The notes beneath the pieces were generated by a model, which saw only the letters and a list, made by a program, of their open reading frames with translations, did no database searches and was not told where the DNA came from. DNA of 64,000 bases from Octopus vulgaris (Eukaryota). The stretch spans positions 79,236,001 to 79,300,000 of the forward strand of contig OX597827.1 of NCBI GenBank assembly GCA_951406725.2, in the 5' to 3' direction. Position numbers and translations under genes: made by a program. Of this stretch, positions 25,689 to 38,422 are shown piece after piece (within the stretch, counting starts at the first letter, position 1; every line of letters starts with the position of its first letter).

Positions 25689-25726
25689 GTCTGGAATTCT
25701 TCATCACATTTGAGCAGGAGAAATTG
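25685..25726 (-). other. 3' half of spliced uORF, gene D
   Basis: CTC is a synonymous variant; TGA overlaps ATG. Confidence 0.6.
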
Positions 25727-27014
25727 CTACAAAAGACAACAGCAGTATTGAAAATAAAATAACTTATGCAAATAATAGCAAACAGGTCAATGGTAATATA
25801 TATATATATATATATATATCTGTAAATACATTCTATTACACCTAACTGTACAATTTAAAAACCATCTTTTCCTGATGCAACATTCATTAATGAGTAAGAG
25901 TTATCTTTGTGGAATATACAAGCACCATGGTAGCTTTTATACGGGTTTCAAATTATGCCAGCAAGCTTTGGGAAAAGGGTAAATTGATTACATGTACCCC
26001 AGTGCTCAACTGGTACTGAATTTACTGACCCTGAAAGGATGAAAAGCAATGCTGGCCCTGGCAATATTGGAACTCAGAATGTAAAAATGGATGAAATGCT
26101 GCTGAGCATTTTTCCCGGCAAGCTAACAATTCTATTAGCTGTCACCTTCATAGTAGCTTTTATACTGAATTCTCAATATGTCTCATTATTTATCTTTCAG
26201 ACTTACTCATTTGAAGACAATATTATGTCTCACTATGTGAAAGCAATGTTTTGAAGATTCAGTGCTTATTTGAGTTTGATAAGTACTGAACAAATAGTTT
26301 TAGTTGTATTGAGATATACAGTCTCACCAAAATATTGGTCGGGACAGATGCAGTACATTGTTTAAATGAAACACTAAGTATTTTAAAATTTAGTACAATT
26401 AAACACCTATGAATTAATTTACATTATAGCTAAAAATATACATATTAAGTCACATTGTAAAAAAATGCTTGTAAGATAATTAACATTACAAATACTTATT
26501 TTTAATTTAATTCACATTTCAATCTTGAATAACAAATCTACTTCAGCTTATATTTATCTCCATCTTAATAATGATAATAATTCTTAATAAATATATTAAA
26601 AAATAACAGTGATGATGACGATGAAGACAAAGTCGTAGCTTTTTGTATACACAGAAACACATAATGGATATTTAACAGGGTATATATAAAGAAATACTTA
26701 TTATCTGCTAGAGTTCATTAAACCTAAATAAAGATTAAGGTTAAATTAGTGAATTATAACAACAATACAGAGAGAAACTATACTAACATACATTATTACC
26801 AGCCAGTCTTATTAGATATCAATTAATGTTTTCTGACAATTACATTAATATACCTCGTTTGGACTTATAACATCAAAATTTAATATAAAATATATCATAG
26901 CAATGCATATAGTTTCATATCTCTTGTATAATGTTGTCTTGTGTGATTCTAACATTAAAAGACATAATCCAGTTCAAAGTAATTGTAATACAATGACTAC
27001 TACAGTTGTTCTTG

Positions 27015-27171
27015 TTGTTAATGGTGGAAGTCATGGCTAGATCTCTCGATCCTCCACTGTCCCAGTCCCTGTATATATACAACATGGCAGACATTTTAGA
27101 TATTATCCTTACCCTGTCTTTCATTAGAAACACAAATAATATAAATGTTATAATGAATATGAAAAGATAAT

Positions 27172-27207
<36 letters not shown>

Positions 27208-27612
27208 CTGCATTGTTTAATCCTTCACTGTAGTTGTGTGTGATGGATGATGTGTATCCTGCTGTAGTGTTCCACTCAACTGCTGCTGCTGCTGCTGTAG
27301 TGGTATTATAGTGGTACTGCTGCTGTTGTAGTAGTGTTCCTGTGTTACTGCTGCTGCTGCTGCTGTTCCTGTGTAACTGCTGATATAATAGTGTGACAGT
27401 TGCTGTATGTAGTGGGAGGTGAGATGTTAGCCAGATGCTGGTGTGTGCTAGTTACAACTCTATGTCCTCACACACACACACACACAATTGTGTGTATGAT
27501 GAACAAAGAAAAAAGCTATCAGCCTCACTTTCAATATTGAAAGAAATATAGAAAATCTCTCTCATCCAATAGGAAATTACTGCAATGTTGTCTGTGTCAC
27601 ACAAACACATCA
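27015..27612 (-). promoter_or_regulatory. Conserved promoter/first-exon block, gene D (donor after 27208)
   Basis: Copy of 2545-3135; 1-bp deletion near 27277 inside the exon. Confidence 0.72.
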
Positions 27613-28407
27613 AACAAGAGAAGTCATGTTAAACAGAAGGAACTTAATAGCTGATATGTAATAATAACAATATATTACATAGTTTCTGTCCAGAGATTAA
27701 AAATTTACATGAGAAATTTAAAACTTATTATTATACAATTTTAAATATTTCTGCAGAGTGATGTAAATTTTAGTAAAGACAACCAAAAACTTGATAAATT
27801 TTAAAGTTCATTTTAATTAAAGTTTAAATTAAACTAATTTTAAGTGTGGAAATGAAAATATTTCCAAATCAATTTATCTTCAATATCTGACTTTATAAAA
27901 GATGAAACTTTGCAATTTCAAAATTCAACAAAAGTTCAAATATGATTAGGTGTTTGTAGTATGCTATTTCTCTAAAATAATTCTCAATCTGGTAATTAGA
28001 AAAAGTACTTCTAGAGTTGATACAGGAAAAAAATGCAAAGACAAAAGTTGTAAATAAAGGTAAAACAGCAGAAGATACATGTTAGAATTGGTGTTAAACT
28101 AAAAGATGCTACAATTAAACATTCTAGGATGACTCAGATGAAGTTATCTATGTTTAGTAAAATGTCTATACCAAAATGAAGGAAAAAAAAAAATTTTATA
28201 CTAATGTACTGTGGTAATATAAAGTATGGTATTTCTAGCATTGAATGCATCAGAAATGTAACTTAGGGGTCATAACAGATGCCAATGTAAAGCCCTTTAT
28301 TTGTGATGTGTGAAAGAGACATAGAGTTGATATTTTATATGAAAATAAAGTATTGTATAAGATTTGGTGTGTGAGAGAATCATTTAACAATAGTCATGGA
28401 ACATCTA

Positions 28408-28487
28408 CTATGTTGGCTGTAGATAGGTATCTTGTATTTGTTGTCCCTTTAGTATTGTGGCTGCCACTGGATTGTCATTGGTATATT
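28408..28487 (-). CDS. Pcdh: Pcdh E terminal coding exon
   Basis: As for gene B. Confidence 0.85.
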
Positions 28488-28651
28488 CTGCAAAATATCA
28501 AATATACAAACACAAATTACATTTCAATATAACAACTCCAATATATAAAGATAGAAACATTGATCTTGTATTACACTAAGCATAACATTATATATTGTCC
28601 TACAGTAATAAAGCCAATTACATTTATATGTTATGTTTTGATAAAAGTTAC

Positions 28652-28796
28652 CTGGTTCTGCAGGTATCTCATCATATGGTTTAGTCTTGCCATTACTCTT
28701 GCTAGCTTCTCTGTCCTTTTGGGATGTTAAGGTGTCACTGTTGTAAGACATGATGGAACTGGTGCGACGTCCTTGACTATGGATTGAATCACATCT
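28652..28796 (-). CDS. Pcdh: Pcdh E cytoplasmic exon (145 nt)
   Basis: As for gene B. Confidence 0.88.
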
Positions 28797-29115
28797 CTGT
28801 TGATTATAGAAAGAGGAATCTTATATCAATACAAGTTTAGATCACTCCTAATTATTTGTTTGTATATAAAGTGTATTGCATTTCTATAATGAATACTGTA
28901 ACTGTTTTGATATCTGTAACATTATACAAAATAATCAATTCAAACAGCAAAAGCTATACAAAAAATATTAACTAAAGACAAAAAATTTTGTACACAAGAG
29001 GGACTGAAGTTGAGTTTTCTGTAGTAATAACTGTACATATGTGAATAAAGGATAAAATACTCTTAAAATAATAAGAAATAAAACAAAAACATCTATTACC
29101 CAAAATAATATTTAC

Positions 29116-31515
29116 CTGAGGCACAGGTGGAAGTCTCCTCTGTGTTGTTGAGAATTTCCATTCATCTGGTGTGTGTTCCATCTCCAGAAAAAACTGACTT
29201 TTAGATTTTATTGTCTGAAGATTTCGGTTAAATATCTCTTCTGCATTTCTCGTTATTGCAACAGGATTGTTAGTCTGATACAGTAATTGTCTCATCTCAG
29301 TCTGAGAGAGAAAGTTGGGATTCTCTGCTGTTGTGGGTGAGTTATTTGTGTGATTAATACATCTGAAAACACACAGTGTTATGGACACTACAATAGCCAC
29401 AGATAGTATTACAGCTGCTGCTACAATGATAATTACCCAAGTCATATTCAGGTCGTGACCAGACTGGAATGGCACAGCAGTCAACATTGGAGATGTATCA
29501 TTACTAACAAACAGTGTTAGTATGATAGCAGTTGTTGCTGATTGAACTGGAGTACCACCGTCTTTCACTATAAACTGCAGCTCATATGTTCCTGCATCAT
29601 TTTGGTAAACTGTGCGAGAGAAAGATAACACACCAGTGTGTGAGTTCACTGTAAACAGGTTTTTATCATTGGATCTCAGTATTCCATATGTGAGGAAAGC
29701 ATTGTTTCCAGTGTCTTTGTCAGATGCTCTCAGAATTGTGATGTCCTTCTTACTGTGTGGATGGTAGTGGACATCTAGATTGTAAGGGTCATTATTAGGA
29801 AACGTAAAATACGGAGCATTATCATTTTTATCTAGAATCTCAATAACAATATTGGCAGTGTCATTGAGAGAAGGTGTTCCATTATCTTTCACTAAAACCT
29901 GGAACTTATAGATGTCTTTCATTTCTCGATCTATTGGTTGTGATGTAGAAATGAATCCATATTTTGTCAGTTGGAAAGGAATGTTATCATTGTTGTTATC
30001 ATTGATGATAGAATATGTAAGTTGGCCTCCATCTCCAAGATCAGGGTCTGTAGCATTGATGAAGCCAATAGGGAAGTCAACTTTCTGGTTTTCATAGGTG
30101 AGGAATTGGAATGTCTCTTTGGTAAAATGTGGTTCTACATCATTGACATCAGTTACTTTGACAGAGAAATATTTTTTACTTTCTAGTTGAGGTGACCCCA
30201 TGTCATGACACACAATAGACACTTTATAGTGGTCTCTTATTTCTCTGTCAAGAAGGCCCTTAACAATCATTTTATATTCTTTAGAATCTATTTTGGCAAG
30301 TTTAAACTTATCATGTTTTAAATCACAGATAACCTCACCATTAGGTCCACTATCAGTGTCAGTGACCATAACATAAGCTATAAAACTACCAATTTTACTT
30401 GCTTCTGAAACTGCTGCTGAACTCTCTGATAAAGGAGATACAAAATCTACATTTATCAATGGAGCAGTATTCTGGTTATTAATAACATAAATGTGAACTC
30501 TGGTTACTGTCTTCAGAGGTGGCTTTCCTCCATCTCTTGCTTCAACAAATAATTTATAAGACTGCTTTTTAGTAAACTGAAAATTGTCATGTAAAAATAA
30601 ATCTCCAGTTTTCTTACCTAAAACAAAATATTTCTGGATATTTTGAGATGTTTTATGGTTGAAATGGTAAGAAATCCTTCCATTGTCTCCAGAATCTTGA
30701 TCTGTGGCTTTTAAAGTAAGAATTGGTAAATGTCTTTGATGTGAATTACTTACAGAAATGTTGTAGACTTTCTGTGAAAATACAGGTGTGTTATCATTGA
30801 AGTCTGTCACAGATATATGTACCTTGAGTGTAGCTGTTTTGGGAGGGTTTCCTCCATCTTTAGCTTCCAGGGACAACATGTATGAGTCTTTGACTTCTCT
30901 GTCTAACTTATCTTCCAAAGTGAGTTCAGGTATAAAAACACCATCATTCTGCTTTTTGATGGAGAGAGAAAATGGTTCTCTCCTAGTTTTCTTAATCATA
31001 TACGCAATCTGAGAATTCTCTAGTGAAATGTCTTTATCAATGGCATTGAGAAGTGGGATTTTTGTACCCTTAAGGTCTCTTTCCAAAAACTTTATTGTGA
31101 TTTCATTCTGTGGAAATTCTGGAGAATGGTCATTGATGTCTTCTATCAATATTTTAATCTTGAGAATTTTCATAAATGTTTCTCCCTTCCTAACAGCTAC
31201 TTTAACTATTCTGGAACATTCCTTGTTGTATGTACACAGAGACTCAGCATCCAGTGTTTGAGTAGTGTATAGTTTTCCTGAGTTGGTGACATTAAATAAG
31301 TGAGAACCACTCTCGACTGTCCTTTGTAGTTGTGTAAATGTAATGAGAGTGTGTTGTTGATGTGTGAGAGGGTGTGATAAGTTGGAGTCAACAGCAATGT
31401 CTCCTATATAGGTGTGAGGTCTGTCTTCTTCCTTGACATGGTATGTAATATCTATGGACAGTACAAGGGTGATCAGTAAATGTAGAAGACACAGTAGACC
31501 AATATATGCTGTCAT
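29116..31515 (-). CDS. Pcdh: Pcdh E large exon, 800 aa
   Basis: ORF 28972-31515 (the extension past PPVPQ is intronic). Confidence 0.96.
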
Positions 31516-31553
31516 GTCTGGAATTCTTCATCACATTTCAGCAGGAGAAATTG
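31512..31553 (-). other. 3' half of spliced uORF, gene E
   Basis: TTTTGTAG acceptor, consensus leader, ACATGA overlap. Confidence 0.6.
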
Positions 31554-32679
31554 CTACAAAAGACAACAAACATATGTAAAGACTATGAAATAATTAAATA
31601 AAAGAAATAATATTTATGGTGTAAATGTTATTTCCACCAGACTGAACTGAACAACGGAAGGTAAGTTAAGATAGAAAAGTAATGAAAAAGTCACCCATCT
31701 CACCACCTGAAACAAAAATGAAGAACTGAAGTCATACAAAAGGAACTCATCTGCTCTGAAAATGTGCATTACCATATGAGCACTACGTGAGAAAGAAAAA
31801 CATTTTGTTATTATTCTGAAACTTGGTAATGTCTCAAATATGATGTGAGTTGGAAGTCTCTGATGAACCCAGATCATTGATGAAACCATCAGAAACACCA
31901 TCCATCATATTAGGGTGTCTAAAATTTAAAAGCAATTACTAATGTAGACAATTTTAATGGACTTGATGAAGTGAAAATTTTGGAAAATTAGAAAATGTCG
32001 TATGGAAGTATTTCTGGATTTGAAGGTACTTGATAAGATTGATTGTTATTAGATCTTCTCAGTATCATGACATTCAATGTGTGTGCGTGTGTGTGTATCT
32101 TGCTTCATCTTGCCAACTGAGGAGATTTTGCTGACATGAAAAGGTCTAATAAAGCCAAAGCATTCTCTGTTGCTTTCACAATTTGATATAAGACCACATC
32201 AACTCTCATAATGCATTTTCCTTTTTTTCCCTAAAAGTTAGACAAAATTTGATAGGTATTTTCCTTTATTTCCGGCTTTTTAATTAAATTTTACTTTTAA
32301 CAAATCTCAATCTTTCCCTGAAAGAATGTTTTCCTTCCATATTCACGGTTAATCTTGGTAAATTGAAAAATTTCAACTTCGAATATTAAATATCTGAACA
32401 CTCCGTCGTAATTACGTTCCCAGAAATATGCAGAGTTACCTCCCTGGAATAAACTTGCAACTTTCTTGTTTCATTTTTCTATTTGGTTTGCAAAATTCTT
32501 TATGTGAATTCGTGTGTTGAAGCATATTTTGTTGATTGGGAAGTCATTCTGTTTTAATGCCTTACTAATTATTACACTCAAAAGGGTTAATTTCCACTCA
32601 TTAAATTTTCGTTGCTCCTTACAATCAATTCAGTAGTTTTTGACTGTCCGTTATCAAAGCTGTGTTCTGTTTGTTTGCT

Positions 32680-32980
32680 TGTGGGCACGTGTGTGCGTCA
32701 GTGTGCATGTGTATACACATATGTATGTATGCATGCATATATACGTTTGTATGTATATATTCTGCATATTCATGTGTTTGTGTGAGCATACATGTTTCTG
32801 TGTATGTGTGTGTGGAGTGTGCATATTTGGTCATGTGTTTCTGTTTCCTTTTGTGTATGTATGTGTGTGTGTGCTTGTCTGTCTGTATTGCCTATGTACC
32901 TATTTATCTACTTATCTGTTTGCCTACATATGTATGTATGTATGTATATATATATATATAAATATATATATATATATTCG
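32680..32980. repeat. Degenerate (TG)/(TA)/(TATG) low-complexity tract
   Basis: direct reading. Confidence 0.85.
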
Positions 32981-33089
32981 CCTACATAACAGCCTACTAA
33001 CAAATCTACCTGTGCATGTAGACACTGTGGGTATTGGAGTATTAGTATCATCTATGTGTATCTCCTATTTAGTGTGTGGGATGTTTCAA

Positions 33090-33840
33090 TTATGAGGACA
33101 TGCTCCTGTATTTGCCTTAGTGTTGGTTCCTTCGGGGGCTTGGGTAAAATGCAGATGTGGAGTCGACCCAGTGTGCCTCCATGTTGGTCTTTAGTATGCT
33201 GGTAGAGTATGGAGGATTGTTTTTGTTGTCATATTGTCTCTAATGTTCATTTAGTCCCTCTGCAATGCTTCTAGATGTCTCACCTATGTATATCATGTTC
33301 CTGTCTTTACAAGCACCCTCTATGCACCTTAAGCTGTAGACTACATTTCTAGTTCTACAGTTAATGCCCGGGTTAATCTTACATACCATGCAGCTTTCAA
33401 TGGTGAATGTGGTTTTCTCAAAGGAGTATGTCCTACATAAATGTGATCTGATGGAGCCCCTGGCTTTTCAACGATCTTAATATCGAGTTTGGTCTCCTTC
33501 AGAGCTTTCCTAAATCTTTGGACTAGTTCTCCATAGGCTGTAGCCTCTACAAGCATCACTCCTTGATATTTGTTGTCCTTGTACCATGTGTTCACCCTGT
33601 TTGCTTAGTCACAAACTCTCTGTATCCTATTCCAGTCTTTCTTTCTGTGTCTAAGGCAGGCACCACTGGTTTCATTACATATAATGCTATGTAACTTCTT
33701 TCTAGCTCCCCTGTATACCCAAATCCTATCTTTTTGGTCATATCCAGAAAATTACATGCCGTGCATGAAGTTCTGTACCTGTTTCTTTGTTTCATAGGGT
33801 TCGCATAGGGGAATAATGTTATTCATTATCCTAAGACTGC
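33090..33840 (-). mobile_element. Penelope-like retroelement remnant (RT C-terminal linker + GIY-YIG endonuclease)
   Basis: Minus strand reads VVYSLRC...MIYIGETSRSIAEGLNEH at ~33245-33345 and KLDIKIVEKPG upstream; frameshifted. Confidence 0.78.
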
Positions 33841-34124
33841 TATCAGTATATGAAAGGAGAAATCTTAGAATCTAAGAAGATTTTCAAAGTTGGAATGCAT
33901 GTATTGAGAACAGATCGGTCAAAGTTATCTTGAAAATGGTTAAGTGTGGAGGAAAGGGCTGTACATAAGGATCTCGCAAGACCTCTCACACCAGTGAGGT
34001 CAATACAACCAATGATTTTCTTGGAAAGTACAAAGTTAATGGCAGCAGGAAAAAAAGAAAAAAGTGAATTCTTGAGGACAGAAATTCTGAAGAGGAATGA
34101 GTGGGATTTGTGGTTAGTGTAAAA

Positions 34125-34400
34125 AATATCCAATCCACACTGTAAAGTGGTTGGCATTTGGAAGGGCATCCAGCTGTAAAAATCATGCCAAAATTAACTT
34201 TGCATGTGCTAGTGCCATGTAAAAAGCACTGAGTTCATTCTGCAGCGTGGTTGGTGTTAGGAAGGGCATCCATCCAGCTGTGAAAACCCTGCCAAAACAG
34301 ATAGAGTACTATAGGGTAGCTTTTCTACCTGGCTAGCTCCTGTGAACCGTCCTACCCATACATGCATAGAAGATGGTTGTTAAACGATGGTGACAGTGAT
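34125..34400 (+). mobile_element. SINE / RTE-tail-related repeat, degraded
   Basis: gtggttggtgttaggaagggcatcc core, taaacgatg tail. Confidence 0.7.
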
Positions 34401-36007
34401 GAAAATGCAGAGGACAGAGGGAAAAAAAATGAATGGTGAGATAATTAAGTTTGTAGTATCTGAGTAGAGAAATGAGTGGAACAACTGGGTATGACCCACA
34501 GCTCTGTTATTATGGTTATAACACATCCCCACCTGAACTGTGAAGCATATGAACCAAATATGAAGCATATGATACACTTTGATATCTGGTGTTGTATGAC
34601 AGTCTGAGCCAATGAACAAAACCGACATGAAGTTGCTCTGCTTGCTATAAACAGCAGCTAACTGTCCATCAAGTCTTACCATATAATGTTAGAAATAGAT
34701 TAAGCCTTTCGTATTCAGATTACTCTGTCAAAGGTAATTTGTTTATTTACATTGATATGAATTAGGCATACTTTACTTCGCAGTTTTGAGATTTCAATGT
34801 CATGATTGTATATTTTTAGAATAACATTGTAGGGTAAGCATGAAAGCCCACATCTGGCCAGTTTGAAGAGAAAACAAGCAGATTCTTTTGGCTGGATGTG
34901 AGCAGTTTAAATGCTAAAGGGTCAAAATATCGGGTGAAGTAATCCTGGATATGTCAGAAATGAAGACACAATGGTGAAAGTTTAAAGATAGATTGAATGA
35001 TTTATTGTCTTTAGCGAGAAATATTAAGACCCTTAAGGTAGGGAAAAGTGTCAATCATTAGGGATTAGAGAGATATAGAAAACATATCTAGGATTATAGA
35101 CTGGACCCTATCTGGAATGGATCAAAGTCATAATAAAGTCAATGTGTAATAATCTTGAGAAATAAAGAGTTTGGACTCACAAAGCTAAAGATTCAAAAAA
35201 TGATATTCTGGGTTGAAGATATATCTTTCATATAATCAACCAATATCTTCCAGGAATATTTTATATGAAACTACTCTTCAAACTATACTGATATTTCATA
35301 GTATATTGAAATTATATTGACACAATAATGATTAAAACCAAATGCAGTGGGATTAATATCAAAAGAGAACATTTTATAAAAATATGCAGAAATATTTTAC
35401 AATGAGATTTTTTATGGATACAAAAATGGGGATTAAAAAATGTTGGCATGAATGTTGTTAATGGTAAAATATGTATAATAATCTTTATGAAATATGTAGA
35501 AATTTAATTCCTATTTGCATATACTATTTAGATTTTGTAAACATAAAATGTTTCTGTTACATTATATTTAGCAAAGAAGACCTATAATAATGTGATGTCT
35601 GTCAGTTTGTAGGAAGATGATATTATTTCTGATCAATTCTTAACATTCATCTCTTGTTGTCAAAGTTAATATATTTTAACAACACATGACAATATCATCA
35701 GTTTATATCTCACAACAAATAGCTTAAATAAGAAATCTACACTAAATTGTATTTATCACCACCTTAACAATAATAATAATACTAACAAATATTCTCAGCA
35801 TATTATACAAAGGAATGTATAATGGATATTTAACAGGATATATATAAAGAGAGAGAAATATTAGAAGAGAGATCTGTTAAAGTTAATTAAAGCTATAGAA
35901 ACTTGAAGATTTAATCAGTATAATTATTAAAACAAAACAGATGGAAACTATATTGACATTCATTACCAACACTCAGTCTTATTAGCTATCAATCAATGTT
36001 TTTTTAC

Positions 36008-36050
<43 letters not shown>

Positions 36051-36277
36051 TGTCAGAAAATGAACTATATAGATAAATTTAGGATTATATTTCATTAATG
36101 TCATGTATTTAATATACTGCAATTCATACTCTCTCTTTCTCTATATATTTACTTATAAATATATATATATATATGCATTATATATACATAGATGTATAAT
36201 ATCTTGTGTGATTCTGACATTAAAAGACGTAATCCAGATTGAAGTTATTGTATTACAATGACTACTGCAGTTGTTGT

Positions 36278-36866
36278 TGTTAATGGTGGAAGTCATGGCT
36301 AGATCTCTCGATCCTCCACTGTCCCAGTCCCTGTATATATACAACATGGCAGACATTTTAGATATTATCCTTACCCTGTCTTTCATTAGAAACACAAATA
36401 ATATAAATGTTATAATGAATATGAAAAGATAATAAAGAGAGAGAGAGAGAGAGAGAGACTTACCTGCATTGTTTAATCCTTCACTGTAGTTGTGTGTGAT
36501 GGATGATGTGTATCCTGCTGTAGTGTTCCACTCCAACTGCTGCTGCTGTAGTGGTATTATAGTGGTACTGCTGCTGTTGTAGTAGTGTTCCTGTGTTACT
36601 GCAGCTGCTGCTGCTGTTCCTGTGTAACTGCTGATATAATAGTGTGACAGTTGCTGTGATGTAGTGGGAGGTGAGATGTTAGCCAGATGCTGGTGTGTGC
36701 TAGTTACAACTCTATGTCCTCCACACACACACACACACACAATTGTGTGTATGATGAACAAAGAAAAAAGCTATCAGCCTCACTTTCAATATTGAAAGAA
36801 ATATAGAAAATCTCTCTCATCCAATAGGAAATTACTGCAATGTTGTCTGTGTCACACAAACACATC
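36278..36866 (-). promoter_or_regulatory. Conserved promoter/first-exon block, gene E (donor after 36464)
   Basis: Copy of 2545-3135. Confidence 0.72.
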
Positions 36867-37660
36867 AAACAAAAGAAGTCATGTTACACAGAAGCAGATT
36901 GACAGTTTACATATCATAATATTACTACTTAAATATTTAGTGTTAAGAAATAAAAAAATTGTAGGAAAAATACAAACTATATAATTATATTACTTAGATA
37001 ATGTTAAGTTTAAATAAAACTAGTCTTAATTGTGGAAATGAAAATATTTTCAAATAAATTATTTTGGAAGCAAAAATTATTTTCTAGAAATATTCTAATT
37101 TATTTTCAATATGCCACTTTGTAAGAGATGAAACTTCACAATTTTAAAATTTAACAAAAGTTCAAATATGATTAGGTGTTTGTAGTATGCTATTTATATT
37201 TACTTTTAGAGGTGAGCTATTTACCTCTAAAACAATTGTCCATCTGGTAATTAGTAAAAGTACTTCTAGAATTGATACAAAATGCTACAGGAAAGATTGT
37301 AAATAAAATTGAAACAGCAGAAGGTACATGTTAGAATTGGTGTCAAACTAAAACATAACAGAACTAAACATTTTAGGATGACTCAGATTAATTTGCCAAT
37401 GTTTAGTGAAATGTCTAAAAAAAACTGAGAGTAAAATAACTATTTTATAATAATCAACTATAGTAATATAAGGTAAGGTGTTTAGAATATTTAATGCATT
37501 AGAGTGTAAATAAGGGTTCATAATAGATACCAATGTAAGGCCCTCTATGTGTGTGTAATGTGTGAAAGTAACATAGAGTTGATATTTTTATATGAATATA
37601 AAGTATTGTATAAGGTTTGGTTTGTGAGAGAATCATTTAACAATAGTCATGGAACATCTA

Positions 37661-37740
37661 CTATGTTGGCTGTAGATAGGTATCTTGTATTTGTTGTCCC
37701 TTTAGTATTGTGGCTGCCACTGGATTGTCATTGGTATATT
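37661..37740 (-). CDS. Pcdh: Pcdh F terminal coding exon
   Basis: As for gene B. Confidence 0.85.
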
Positions 37741-37904
37741 CTGCAAAATATCAAATATACAAACACAAATTACATTTCAACATAACAACTCCAATATATA
37801 AAGATAGAAACATTGATCTTATATTACACTAAGCATAACATTATATATTGTCCTACAGTAATAAAGGCAATTACATTTATATGTTATGTTTTGATAAAAG
37901 TTAC

Positions 37905-38049
37905 CTGGTTCTGCAGGTATCTCATCATATGGTTTAGTCTTGCCATAACTCTTGCTAGCTTCTCTGTCCTTTTGGGATGTTAAGGTGTCACTGTTGTAAG
38001 ACATGATGGAACTGGTACGACGTCCTTGACTATGGATTGAATCACATCT
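37905..38049 (-). CDS. Pcdh: Pcdh F cytoplasmic exon (145 nt)
   Basis: As for gene B. Confidence 0.88.
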
Positions 38050-38422
38050 CTGGTGATTAGAAAACAAAGCAGAGTGAATAATGTTAAATACAAGAAACAT
38101 ATATATTTGTATTCTAGAATGTTTCTGGTAAGACACAAGAGAGGAATGTTTTTAAAATAAGCAGAAACAGTATAATTGAAGACAGTCTTAGTTAATGAAA
38201 ATAACTTGGAGTAGACAATAAACAAAACAGAGATACTAGTTTAATGAAATATATGGAAACTTTAGATTTATGAATTCTGTAAATTGTAAAAATATGAAAG
38301 AGCCATTATGTTTTATGGAGAAGGCATAAAGAACATAACATGTATATAAAATAAGAGATTTCAAAGATCTTTTGATGAATGTTTCAAAAATATGCCATAG
38401 AATTGTTTAAAATAATATTTAC

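Noticed and set aside
28972-29115. C-terminal extensions of the large ORFs past PPVPQ
   Set aside because: They differ in length and sequence between copies and follow an invariant CAG|GTAAAT donor, so they are intronic.
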